Shown here: piece after piece, positions 26,564 to 35,564 of the stretch
How the letters are laid out: each line of letters begins with the position of its first letter
Numbering within the stretch: the stretch's first letter is position 1
DNA from: a virus
Direction: 5' to 3' (one strand)
Length of the DNA stretch: 64,000 nt
Virus record (IMG/VR): IMGVR_UViG_3300020180_000014
Location: 27,396 to 91,395 of that record
The notes under the pieces: model-generated
Told to the model about the DNA's origin: nothing
Databases searched by the model: none
What the model saw: only the letters and a program-made list of their open reading frames with translations
Translations under genes and position numbers: made by a program

Positions 26564-27061
26564 ATGTTCGAGCTAGAAGGATGGCGCGACATCACACCCG
26601 CCATGCGGAAGCGGGTAGGGCGCGTGCTACGCGATTGGCGGCAACACCACCGGCCGTTTGAGGACACCGAATACTGGGCTGCGCGATTTTTGCCGTTCGA
26701 CGACGTGTTTGCACACACGCGAGGAACACAACCCGTTCGACTGTGGCGTAGCGAGCGCACCGACATCGACAACCGCTACACGACGCGGTTCACGTCATGG
26801 GCACGCAGTGCAGCCGCGATTCACAGCTTCGGTTGGGGCACGCGCCGCATGGTCACGGCAGTCTTCGAGCCTGACGACATCTTGGTCGACTTCGTGAACC
26901 TGGATCTCGACCCCGAGCAGATGCAAGAGGTCATCGTCCGACCGGGCGACTACCAGATCTGGCCGTGGCGGGAGATCTGGGACCGCAACGGCCACTTCAA
27001 TCTGTATGAGCAGCCTGAGCGTGCTCGCGCTGCGGGCTATACGCTTGGTCGACAGCGCTAG
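26564..27061 (+). CDS. putative ADP-ribosyltransferase-fold protein
   Basis: R-S-E pattern: VRLWRS...FTSWARS...QEVIV. Confidence 0.5.
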   Translation: MFELEGWRDITPAMRKRVGRVLRDWRQHHRPFEDTEYWAARFLPFDDVFAHTRGTQPVRLWRSERTDIDNRYTTRFTSWARSAAAIHSFGWGTRRMVTAVFEPDDILVDFVNLDLDPEQMQEVIVRPGDYQIWPWREIWDRNGHFNLYEQPERARAAGYTLGRQR

Positions 27062-27324
27062 GTAACACGCTCGAAGCGCTGGACGAGCGTCTCGCCGACC
27101 AGTGCCTTGCCCGTGAACGCGGCCAGTGCGCGCGTCCACACCGTCGCGTACTCGTCTTCGGCGTCACGGTAGTGCACGAGCGGTTCAAGGTCAGGCTCGT
27201 TCAAGCCGACCGCGACGACGAGGTACACACCGCCGTCCATCTTGTAGTGCTTGTACGTCTGCCCCGGCAGCACGCCGCAGTCACGGAGCTTCGCGAGCGC
27301 TTCGACGACATCCTTGAAACTCAT
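27058..27324 (-). CDS. DUF1653-family protein
   Basis: YKHYK..GVYLV...EPLVHYR...WTR...F...RFE. Confidence 0.75.
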   Translation of the reverse strand: MSFKDVVEALAKLRDCGVLPGQTYKHYKMDGGVYLVVAVGLNEPDLEPLVHYRDAEDEYATVWTRALAAFTGKALVGETLVQRFERVT

Positions 27325-27620
27325 GACGGTCCTTCCCCGAGCTTCACCATCTCGGCGATCAGCCATGCGCCACAGGCCTCTTCGCTCGGTGGCTCGACGT
27401 TCTGCCGGAACCGCGACAGCGGCTGGTCGTGCGCTGCGAGCCACATCTCGTCGGGCCCAAGGCCACCACGCGACACGAGCACTTCGAGCGTTTGACTGTG
27501 GTTGCTCTCGGCACGCTCGCGGAACGTCTCCGCGAAGCTCCACGGGACATCGCGCGGCCATCGCGCAGTGACCTCGCGCGGGCACCGACTCTGGCCTCGG
27601 ATGACGGGGAAACGCTTCAC
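27321..27620 (-). CDS. hypothetical phage protein
   Basis: AESNHSQTLEVLVSRGGLGPDE motif; coupled overlaps. Confidence 0.6.
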   Translation of the reverse strand: MKRFPVIRGQSRCPREVTARWPRDVPWSFAETFRERAESNHSQTLEVLVSRGGLGPDEMWLAAHDQPLSRFRQNVEPPSEEACGAWLIAEMVKLGEGPS

Positions 27621-28336
27621 GGCCCGGCGATCGTATCAAGATCGTCGAGCAGACGGTATGCGAACTCGTATTCCCCGGCCGACCACGCTGCCTCGAACGC
27701 CGCGCGCAAGTTCGCGTTCAGGTCCGTGGGCAGCGCCTTGCCTTTGAGCGCGTCTTTCACGCGCCAATAGAACATGTGCCCGATAATCTCGTCGGTCGGT
27801 TTTCCCGCGTACGCGAGCAGACCGCCGATGCGATTGAGTGTCCCACTCGCAGAGCCGTCAGCGGCACCGATCACCGGGTTGCTCGTCGCGAACTTGCGAA
27901 TGAACTCGGTCGCGCACTTCGCCGCTTCGCCGAGCCCGCTCCAGCTGAGCTGCGTACTTGCACCTTTGGGTGTACTCGCCGCACGATTGCACGCTTCGAC
28001 GGTCCTGGAGCCCAAATATCCCGCGTACCAGTAGAGCCGCGTCAGCGGATGTTCGTCGGGTTGCCCGAAGTCTTCCGGTGGATCGGGCACGCGTCCTTCG
28101 ACGAACGCGGTGATGTAATCACACACGAACGACACATGGTCACGCGCGTTGGTGATCTCGGGCGAGTCCGCATTCAGTACAGGCATCGCCCAGTGCAGCA
28201 GCTCACACGCCAGCGCAGCGGCGTTCATCGCGTCGTGCCAGGCCCACCGGAGCGCCATGTGCTCGATGGACAGCTCGACACGACGTTCCTGGATACGCAC
28301 GACACCGTGCGGGTTGCGAATGCCGTGCAGTGCCAT
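27617..28336 (-). CDS. hypothetical protein
   Basis: 239-aa ORF; C-terminal LRAAFEAA echoes LLAAFEAA at the end of 19099 gene. Confidence 0.6.
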   Translation of the reverse strand: MALHGIRNPHGVVRIQERRVELSIEHMALRWAWHDAMNAAALACELLHWAMPVLNADSPEITNARDHVSFVCDYITAFVEGRVPDPPEDFGQPDEHPLTRLYWYAGYLGSRTVEACNRAASTPKGASTQLSWSGLGEAAKCATEFIRKFATSNPVIGAADGSASGTLNRIGGLLAYAGKPTDEIIGHMFYWRVKDALKGKALPTDLNANLRAAFEAAWSAGEYEFAYRLLDDLDTIAGP

Positions 28337-28693
28337 CTACTTCGCGGTCTCGCGGTTCTTGATCGCGTACAAGACAACCGGTTGGATGTCCATGCCCGGC
28401 TGCACGACGCAGATGAAGTCCTCGTATGCTTCGACGTCCTCGACCTGACCGAACTCGTCGACCACCATCGGACGAATCGCGCGTGCCGGGATCTGTGCGA
28501 CCTCGGGGTTCTGCGGAACGAACTCGACGAGCGCGAAGCATGCAAGCCCGAGCACGCGCTGCGGATCCTTGCCGTCCTGGAACACGGCGCGCCAGCCCTC
28601 AGCAGGGATGATCTGCGCGATCACGTACTCCGCGCCCTCGTCGTCACCTTCGCCCATTCCGAATAGATCCTGCTTCGCGTCTTGCTTGGCCAT
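28337..28693 (-). CDS. hypothetical protein
   Basis: QIIPAEGWRAVF...LACFALV; resembles 39007..39273. Confidence 0.65.
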   Translation of the reverse strand: MAKQDAKQDLFGMGEGDDEGAEYVIAQIIPAEGWRAVFQDGKDPQRVLGLACFALVEFVPQNPEVAQIPARAIRPMVVDEFGQVEDVEAYEDFICVVQPGMDIQPVVLYAIKNRETAK

Positions 28694-28735
28694 ATAGTCT
28701 CGCTTTGTAGCTCGGGGTGGACCCGAACTCAAGCC

Positions 28736-29128
28736 TTAGCGCTTCGCGACTGTGATGTAGCTCTGCTTGATCTCTACGGCAACGGTCTTGACGCCGGGCC
28801 CACGCGTGGTCTGTACGACGCGTTGCTTGGGACCTTCCATGTAGACCTCGCCGCTGCTGTTCATGTCGTTCATGAACTGTCGATCGGCCGCTAGAATCGT
28901 CGCGCACGCCGGACAGACGTGGAACGTGCCCTCGCTCGTGTTCACACGCCACAGTTCTTCTTCCATCGCCGAGCACCGCATGCAGCAGAACTCGCCGTTG
29001 GGGTCGATGTAGCGCCGGATCAACTCGCGCGCGAGCTTGTGGTCACAGGCAAGCCACGCTGCCTGTGCTGCAGCCAGCACGTCCATGAACCCGGTGCCGT
29101 CGGGCAGCGCGTCAGGCTCACGATGCAC
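28736..29128 (-). CDS. hypothetical zinc-finger protein
   Basis: CMRC...CPAC. Confidence 0.55.
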   Translation of the reverse strand: MHREPDALPDGTGFMDVLAAAQAAWLACDHKLARELIRRYIDPNGEFCCMRCSAMEEELWRVNTSEGTFHVCPACATILAADRQFMNDMNSSGEVYMEGPKQRVVQTTRGPGVKTVAVEIKQSYITVAKR

Positions 29129-29471
29129 GGTAGCGCTCCCAGTTCACGGGCAGTATGCAGTTCTGCGGTGCACGCGCGAACATCGGACCGATCTGAGCAT
29201 CCTGGTAGCCAGCAAGCCCGCAGCCTACGCGGGTCACCTCGTATGTCAGCTCGGGCGTGTCGCGCGCGAAGTCGAGGAACACCTCGACGCTGGCCTTGAT
29301 GTCATCGAGCGTTCTGGGACGCAGCTCGCGATCTTTCGTCGCGATGCCGTACGCGTTGCCCATCAGGCCCTCGGCAACGCCGTAGACGGCGCCGTGCTTG
29401 CGCCGTGCTTCGAGCGCAGCACCCGCACCGTGGCGTCCCGCGAGGTTGGATCCGAAGACGAAGATTTTCAA
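29118..29471 (-). CDS. A1S_2505-like phage protein (macro-like fold)
   Basis: IFVFGSNLAGRHGAGAA...YGIATK...VTRVGCGLAG. Confidence 0.75.
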   Translation of the reverse strand: MKIFVFGSNLAGRHGAGAALEARRKHGAVYGVAEGLMGNAYGIATKDRELRPRTLDDIKASVEVFLDFARDTPELTYEVTRVGCGLAGYQDAQIGPMFARAPQNCILPVNWERYRAS

Positions 29472-29917
29472 TCAACACCTCCGGCTATCTTGATAGCGCA
29501 TGCACGTTGGACAGCGAGCGCGTTTCGCTTGTTCTTGTACAACACTGTCTGTGCAAGATAGCGTTTGCGGCCCCGCAAACTTTGCAAGTTGTCCCCGGTC
29601 CACTCGATGCCGTCGGCAGCTAACGCTAAGGTTGCAACCTGCGCACTATAGTGCGGACCTTCACGACGAATGTTGCACACAGTTTCAATGATCTGTGCGG
29701 ACATCTTGAACCACTCGCCATGCAACCGTTCAGCTGCGAACAGCTCATGGAAATGTTTTTCTACGTACGTGTACCCTGCGACGTCGGCGATCAACATCAA
29801 GTGATGCGCATTCTGATTTTGTAGTTCGTAGACGCGCTGTTCCAGGTTACGTGTCTTGCCGATTTTGACACGCTGTAGATCACCGGTTGCGACGAAATAC
29901 ACACGGTCCGCGTTCAC
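29468..29917 (-). CDS. GIY-YIG-like T5orf172/MUG113 domain protein
   Basis: VYFV...VKIGKT...R..ELQ...EKHFH..F...RLHGEWF; lower GC than flanks. Confidence 0.8.
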   Translation of the reverse strand: MNADRVYFVATGDLQRVKIGKTRNLEQRVYELQNQNAHHLMLIADVAGYTYVEKHFHELFAAERLHGEWFKMSAQIIETVCNIRREGPHYSAQVATLALAADGIEWTGDNLQSLRGRKRYLAQTVLYKNKRNALAVQRACAIKIAGGVD

Positions 29918-30447
29918 GGCGTCGCGCTCTTCATGAGTTCGTCGTACTTGAACTTGTCGCCGAGCGCGTCCTTGATCGTCGTCATCTCTTCGGACAATCG
30001 CAGCAGCAGTTGGTTGTACAGGTACACGTAGCGCGGCACCGCCACACGACCCTCGACGAACTGCTTGCCCAGATCTGTGATCTTGTAGCGGCCGACGCGG
30101 TCACTACCATCGTCGCGATCACCGGCCGCACGTTCGAGCAAGCCCCAGTAGCGGAGCTTGACGACGTCGCCGCCTGCGATCGAGCTGTCGCGCTTGACCT
30201 TCACCAAGAACGCCGCGACGTGCAGCCAGTCGGCGCGCGGGTGCGTCTTGAAGTACTGGTAGATCAGCACGAGCGCGAGCGCCATCGTCGAGTTCAGCTT
30301 GCGCTTGTAGACTTTCGCAAACTGTCCGCAACACGGACACGTGACGCCGTCGCGCAGGTTCGTTTGCACGAACGCCTTGGCGCTTTCGAGTTCTGTGCCC
30401 TGAAAGCTCGTCGGGATCGGTCCGTCTTCGTCGTCGTCGGTGTCCAT
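29914..30447 (-). CDS. hypothetical Zn-ribbon plus winged-helix protein
   Basis: CPCCGQ...KLRYWGLLE...YKITDLGKQF. Confidence 0.7.
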   Translation of the reverse strand: MDTDDDEDGPIPTSFQGTELESAKAFVQTNLRDGVTCPCCGQFAKVYKRKLNSTMALALVLIYQYFKTHPRADWLHVAAFLVKVKRDSSIAGGDVVKLRYWGLLERAAGDRDDGSDRVGRYKITDLGKQFVEGRVAVPRYVYLYNQLLLRLSEEMTTIKDALGDKFKYDELMKSATP

Positions 30448-30449
30448 GG

Positions 30450-31148
30450 TTACCTCGTCGTGTAGCGCCAACCCTCGATCGCGATCAGCACGGTCGACGG
30501 CGATTCGTCTTCTAGCTGTTGCCGCGTCATCAGGACTTCGAGCAGTGTGTACCCAGGGAACCACCAGAAGCATGGCATCGCATCAACGGTGAGTGCCCAC
30601 AGCTTGCCGTCGTGCAGGATGCGATTCTCGCCGATGTTGGTGAATCGAATGCGTGTCGCCTTGAGCATCTTCGGAATCACGCGTGCCCACACTGTTGTGA
30701 CGAGCCACGTCTCGCCGCCGTGCGGCTTCACTTCCCAGCGATTCTCTTCGCCGATCAGTCCTCGGGTGTCGATAGCCTCGGCGAGGCTGAGCGAGTGCAG
30801 GTTCCGTGGATCGAACTGCCCACCCGGTGCGAGCGCGCGTAGCAGCGCGAACGGCACGGAGAACGGCGATACGCGACCGGGTCGCGCGCGATCGACGAGC
30901 CTGCGATCGGCTGGTCGTTCGCCGTAGAGTGCCTGCACCGCGAAGTCGCGGAGCGCATCGACGGACTTCCACGGCCCGACGGCCGACTGCAGTACAGCTT
31001 CAGCGGCTTCGAGAAACTTCTGATCGTCGAGCGTCCGCGTGACCAACGTCGTCGTGTCGAGCCCGAAGAAGTCACGGATGAAGTGAAACAGCTCGGTGAC
31101 GACCTCTTGACGCTGTTCGATCGTCTCGTTCGTGCGCGCGACCCTCAC
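30450..31148 (-). CDS. hypothetical protein
   Basis: GTGA overlap with upstream gene. Confidence 0.55.
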   Translation of the reverse strand: MRVARTNETIEQRQEVVTELFHFIRDFFGLDTTTLVTRTLDDQKFLEAAEAVLQSAVGPWKSVDALRDFAVQALYGERPADRRLVDRARPGRVSPFSVPFALLRALAPGGQFDPRNLHSLSLAEAIDTRGLIGEENRWEVKPHGGETWLVTTVWARVIPKMLKATRIRFTNIGENRILHDGKLWALTVDAMPCFWWFPGYTLLEVLMTRQQLEDESPSTVLIAIEGWRYTTR

Positions 31149-31513
31149 GGTTCGCTCACTGCGATCTTCGCACCTGTCACGAGTGCCTGCATGACCATGT
31201 TGCGCAGGTCGGGCCGACAGTTCTCGCACGTCAAACCGTGGCGCCAGTCCAGTTTCTCGTCGGTGATCGTCGCATCGAGCAGGTCGTGCGCCGTCTTCGT
31301 GCGTAGGAACAGATCAACACGATCGGGCGCATCGAAGCTGTCACGAGCCTGAAAGTGCACACCGAAGCACAGCTCGACGCAGAACACGCGCGAGCAGACC
31401 GGGCACTCGATCGCCTCGTTCGCCTCGCCACAGAGCGCGCAGAGTGGTTCGAGGATGACACCTTGGCCGTTCGCCAGCTCGCCGATGACACGATGGGGCT
31501 GGTGCGGGTTCAC
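31145..31513 (-). CDS. Cys-rich hypothetical protein
   Basis: CALC..CPVC..C..C..H, CENC. Confidence 0.55.
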   Translation of the reverse strand: MNPHQPHRVIGELANGQGVILEPLCALCGEANEAIECPVCSRVFCVELCFGVHFQARDSFDAPDRVDLFLRTKTAHDLLDATITDEKLDWRHGLTCENCRPDLRNMVMQALVTGAKIAVSEP

Positions 31514-32028
31514 GATGCAACTCCAGGCGCCAGCAGACGTCGCAGCTCGTTCGGGTTGATCCTGTGAATCGGGCGCCGCAGCTTGTCCGCGTAGTTCACC
31601 GTGCCTGCCGTTCCGCCCTGTGAACCGTCGAAGCACGCGATCAGATCGCTGCAGTGATCGACCATCCACTCGTTGCGGGCCTGCATCTTCCACCGCTCGT
31701 ACGAACCCGGCGTCACCATCACGACCTCGTACGCGAGCTTGAGCAGCTTCTGGTAGTACGCCCGCGCCTCCGGGGGCCACTGGCTATCCTGGCCTTCGCA
31801 CGGCACCGCTGCGATGAACGGGATGCCCATGTCGACGCAGACATCGGCCAGATCCTGGTCGAATCCGAGCGCCATGCCGCTGATCACGTGGATCGGCTGC
31901 AGTGCGAGCAGCTTGGTGCGCGTCTGTGCCTTCACCCAAGCGCGCAACGGGTTCAGCTTGTGATGCCCCGAATAGTCGCCGATCCAGAGCTTGTCGGGTC
32001 GATGTCCTGTACCTGCGACGATGCTCAT
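31510..32028 (-). CDS. SLOG-superfamily protein (YspA/DUF1273-like)
   Basis: GTGHRPDKL...ISGMALGFDQ...RNEWMVD...GGTAGTV. Confidence 0.85.
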   Translation of the reverse strand: MSIVAGTGHRPDKLWIGDYSGHHKLNPLRAWVKAQTRTKLLALQPIHVISGMALGFDQDLADVCVDMGIPFIAAVPCEGQDSQWPPEARAYYQKLLKLAYEVVMVTPGSYERWKMQARNEWMVDHCSDLIACFDGSQGGTAGTVNYADKLRRPIHRINPNELRRLLAPGVAS

Positions 32029-32390
32029 GCTTCTCCCCTAGGTGCGTACAGCGCATCGGCCATGTCATCACGGTCGATGATGCGCAAGAACAGCTCAGCG
32101 GCGAACCGCGACTCACGAGCATCACAAGCAGCTTCGAGTGCGAGCCGCTCGTCTTCGTTGACGACGGTCGAGAACTTGAGCGACACCCACTCGGGCGGGT
32201 GATTGAACTGGATCTGCGCTTCACGTGCGCGCAGGTCAACCGCGAGCGCAAACTTGCCCCACTCGTTGTGGACGAACCGGTTCAGGTCACGGATGACATC
32301 GCTCGACCACCAGTCGACTTGGTTGCCGTTCGCACAGCGCCAGCTGAACCATCGCTCGCCGCCGCTCATGCTGCAGCTCGCTGTCGCCAT
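32025..32390 (-). CDS. hypothetical protein
   Basis: ORF in the minus-strand operon. Confidence 0.5.
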   Translation of the reverse strand: MATASCSMSGGERWFSWRCANGNQVDWWSSDVIRDLNRFVHNEWGKFALAVDLRAREAQIQFNHPPEWVSLKFSTVVNEDERLALEAACDARESRFAAELFLRIIDRDDMADALYAPRGEA

Positions 32391-32740
32391 GCGGTTAGCA
32401 CAGCTTCGAGCGCCGAGAGTACGTTGTCGGCCGTTGCGTCACCGCGAACGCCGACATCGATCAGCTCGTAGAGCTTGTCGATCGTCCGCTCGTCGAATGC
32501 GCCATCCGGTGGCGCCTGCCCGGTCTGCGATGGGTAGCCCATGACCGCTGAGTGCTTGTTGCACGCATAGCTGCAGAACACACTGACGTTGCCGTGTCCG
32601 CGTGACTCGTAGAGCAGCCAGCCCTCGGGCAACTTCCACGTGAAGCTCGTCTTGTTCCATGCCTCGCCGATGTACGCCGATGCGTTCACGGACCTTTTGC
32701 AACCGTTGCAAACGAGGTAGCCACGGACGTACGCGGGCAT
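32366..32740 (-). CDS. hypothetical protein with CxxC / FCSxxC
   Basis: CNGC...FCSYAC. Confidence 0.55.
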   Translation of the reverse strand: MPAYVRGYLVCNGCKRSVNASAYIGEAWNKTSFTWKLPEGWLLYESRGHGNVSVFCSYACNKHSAVMGYPSQTGQAPPDGAFDERTIDKLYELIDVGVRGDATADNVLSALEAVLTAWRQRAAA

Positions 32741-33069
32741 CAGCGCTTCCTCTTCTTGAGCTTGCGTACGCGGTCGAGCTTGAGTGTCGACGCCCGACGA
32801 CGAATGACCGTCGCCGCGCTGTAACGGTTCGCAGCGAACGCGAGCGCCTTCGCGACTGGACAATCGAGGTAGACCTTGCATGCGCAGTTCGCGACCCAGA
32901 TGATCGCGCCGCCGTCACTCTCCGGTGCTGGTCCAACGAACGCGAGCCCGGAGTCACCGTTGTCACGAACCCAACGACCGTCGTGCTCACGAAGACGTAG
33001 GATCGATCCGTGAACCGACGGTGGCCGACACTTTGGATGCGTCTTGCGTGGTACGCAGCGAGCCTTCAC
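32740..33069 (-). CDS. basic hypothetical protein
   Basis: coupled overlaps on both sides. Confidence 0.45.
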   Translation of the reverse strand: MKARCVPRKTHPKCRPPSVHGSILRLREHDGRWVRDNGDSGLAFVGPAPESDGGAIIWVANCACKVYLDCPVAKALAFAANRYSAATVIRRRASTLKLDRVRKLKKRKR

Positions 33070-33695
33070 GCGAAGTAGTCCTTGTGCGCGAGCTTGTGCA
33101 CCTCGTTGATGACCTCGCGATCCTCGGGCAGGTGCGTCGTTGCACGCTCGCAGGCAGTGTGAATCCCCCGCTGCAGCTCCTTGATCGCCTCGTACAGCGT
33201 CTTCACACCGCCGATCACACCGCTGACGGTGCGCTTCGTCGCGCGTGGCATGAACGGTCCGATGCCCGCGAGCACATCGTCGAGGAATTGCCGATCCGTG
33301 AGCGCTTGCTGGAACAGTGGTTCGTGCTCGGCGATCGCAGCCTTCAGTGTCCCGACCTCGGCGAGTAGTACACCGCGCTGGTTCAACGCCTCGCCGACCT
33401 CGGAGTCGAGCGGAACGCTCTGCGAGAGCTTGGCGACCATCTCCAGCAGCTCGTCGCGGCGTTTGCGACAAGGCATGTGCAGGTCGACGCCGACCGTACC
33501 GACCGTATACGGCTGCCAGATGTGCCCGCAGTTGTGGCAGAGGTGTTTGCGGTGCGAGATCGTGGTTGCCCACTCGTCCTGGTCGACGTGCTGTGCCTTG
33601 CACTCCGGGCAGTGGATCTCGACGGGCACGAATGCGTCGCGAGCCTGTTGAACGGCTTCACGCAGTCGGGTCAGTTCATAATCGACGTCACTCAT
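33066..33695 (-). CDS. hypothetical zinc-ribbon protein
   Basis: CPECKAQHVD...HRKHLCHNCGHIW. Confidence 0.65.
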   Translation of the reverse strand: MSDVDYELTRLREAVQQARDAFVPVEIHCPECKAQHVDQDEWATTISHRKHLCHNCGHIWQPYTVGTVGVDLHMPCRKRRDELLEMVAKLSQSVPLDSEVGEALNQRGVLLAEVGTLKAAIAEHEPLFQQALTDRQFLDDVLAGIGPFMPRATKRTVSGVIGGVKTLYEAIKELQRGIHTACERATTHLPEDREVINEVHKLAHKDYFA

Positions 33696-34075
33696 GCTGC
33701 AGACTCCTGTACGGCAGGTTCTTCGTCGTCGGGTGGGAAGATGTTGTCGCCAGCGGATTCGATCGCTCCGTCGCATTCTTGTAGTAGGTCGACTTGCCCC
33801 GCGACGGACTCTTCGATCACGGTCATCGCGCGGCGCAACAGCGTGCACAGCTCCGTGACCTGTTCGTACGATTCCTTCTGTAACTCTTTCAGGCGTTGTT
33901 CCGGCGTCGGCAACGGCGCCGACACCACGACCGTGAAGTTCTTCTCGACGATCACGCTCGCGAACCGTGCTTCACGCGGTCCGTACAAGTTCAACTTGAT
34001 CATCTCCTGCGCCGGGCGCGCGTACAGCTGAAGCACCTCGCGAGCTTCGCGAAGCAGTGATGCGTCGATCGTCAT
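33692..34075 (-). CDS. hypothetical protein
   Basis: ATGA overlaps. Confidence 0.55.
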   Translation of the reverse strand: MTIDASLLREAREVLQLYARPAQEMIKLNLYGPREARFASVIVEKNFTVVVSAPLPTPEQRLKELQKESYEQVTELCTLLRRAMTVIEESVAGQVDLLQECDGAIESAGDNIFPPDDEEPAVQESAA

Positions 34076-34449
34076 GTGAGAATTGCTCGGAGCTTCTCGG
34101 GAACGAGCAAAGGTGGCTCGTTGCCGATCCACGTCAAGTCGAAGATGCGGAGCTGTGCAGCGATCGCGACAACAGACTCGTCCTGCATACCGTTCGACAC
34201 ACGACCACCGCACATCCAGAACTCCTTACAGCACGGGATGATCGCCTTGTTCATTTCCATGCCGTGCTTGCGGTGTTCGGGGTTGAAGTCGTCGAGGACT
34301 TCCACGGTGATCAGCCAGTCGGCGACGACGGCAACGTCCGGGAAGTTGTCGTAGATCCACCGGACCCAACGTTTTGCACGCGCAATGTTGGCGGTAACAC
34401 CTTCAGGTGTCGGTGCTCCAAGTGGATGCGCGAAGTAGATAACTCTCAT
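34072..34449 (-). CDS. DUF4406 / nucleoside deoxyribosyltransferase-like protein
   Basis: IYFAHPL...NIARA...C.EFWMCG..SNGMQDE. Confidence 0.65.
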   Translation of the reverse strand: MRVIYFAHPLGAPTPEGVTANIARAKRWVRWIYDNFPDVAVVADWLITVEVLDDFNPEHRKHGMEMNKAIIPCCKEFWMCGGRVSNGMQDESVVAIAAQLRIFDLTWIGNEPPLLVPEKLRAILT

Positions 34450-35561
34450 GCGACGTTTCCTTCTGTGTTGCGCTTGCTGCGCTTGGGGGTGTTTTCCAAG
34501 CCAGCGGTCGGTGTGGGGTTCGATTCTTCGGTGACTTCCCAGAGCGTCTCGACGCCGCCGAACTCGCGATAGCACTCGTCATAGATCGCCTGCACGGCAC
34601 GACCTGCAGGTGACAGGTCTGGCGCCGGGATACGAAAACGCCACGGGTAGCTCTCATCCGATACGGCGTATTCGGCGCTCTCGATCTTGTGCATCAGCTC
34701 CTCGTGCGACCACGACGGGATGCACAGCGGGTTGTAGACGCTCCAGAGCAAATCGAAGGCCTCGTCGCTGTAGAGGCAGTAGCCGCGAATCAGCAAGATC
34801 GTCGTCTTCAGGCACGCGCCGTGGCCGTTCTGTCCCGAGATCGCGGGCTTCGCCTCGCGGATCATCGTGTCGCGCGCGACGAGTACGCGACGCCAGCGTG
34901 GCCAGCCGTCAGCTTCGAGCGCTGTCTCTGTCGGACGGCCCGCATTCGGATCGATCGCGATCTGGCGCGTCTTCTGCGACGTCGCGAGCTTGATCAACCA
35001 CGATGGCATCGAGGCGACGGGGGTGCTCGGGTTGCGCCACGCGTACTGCGCACCCGTCGGGTGAATGCTTGGCGCCGCGACGATCAGACCGCCCTCGGCG
35101 CGGATGTCGATCCCCGGCGCCATCTTGGTGCGGTTGCGGATCTTGTCCATCTCGAAGTCGTCGTCGACGATGAACAGGAAGTGCTCGCCGCCGCCTTCGC
35201 GGCCCGTAGTCTGGCGTAGCGTCTCGGGCAACGGCTCGTACATCTGTTCGAGCGCAGCGAGGCTCTCACGGCCGATCTCACCGTCGATGTCGATCGCGAC
35301 CAAGCGCACGAGCCCCCCAGTTACGAGCCCGACATTGGCGCGGGGCCAGACCCGCCACCACTGTGCGACGAGCACGACGTCGTTCGACGCTGTCTCGCGC
35401 CAGTTCTTGATCATCGGATGCTTGCCGGGCGTGCCGCAGTCCGCACGCTTCCAGCAACCACACACAGGCTGCTCGCCGGTCTCGCGCACGTTGTACAGCG
35501 GGATCACGCGCCAGTTCCGGCGCGCGTACTCCACTGCAACCATGCCGAACGGCGAGAGCAT
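34446..35561 (-). CDS. bifunctional DNA primase/polymerase (Prim-Pol)
   Basis: WRVIPL...CGC...C..PGKHP...ANVGLVTG...IDID...TGR..GGEHF...IDIRAEGGLIVAAPSIH. Confidence 0.9.
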   Translation of the reverse strand: MLSPFGMVAVEYARRNWRVIPLYNVRETGEQPVCGCWKRADCGTPGKHPMIKNWRETASNDVVLVAQWWRVWPRANVGLVTGGLVRLVAIDIDGEIGRESLAALEQMYEPLPETLRQTTGREGGGEHFLFIVDDDFEMDKIRNRTKMAPGIDIRAEGGLIVAAPSIHPTGAQYAWRNPSTPVASMPSWLIKLATSQKTRQIAIDPNAGRPTETALEADGWPRWRRVLVARDTMIREAKPAISGQNGHGACLKTTILLIRGYCLYSDEAFDLLWSVYNPLCIPSWSHEELMHKIESAEYAVSDESYPWRFRIPAPDLSPAGRAVQAIYDECYREFGGVETLWEVTEESNPTPTAGLENTPKRSKRNTEGNVA

Positions 35562-35564
35562 GAG

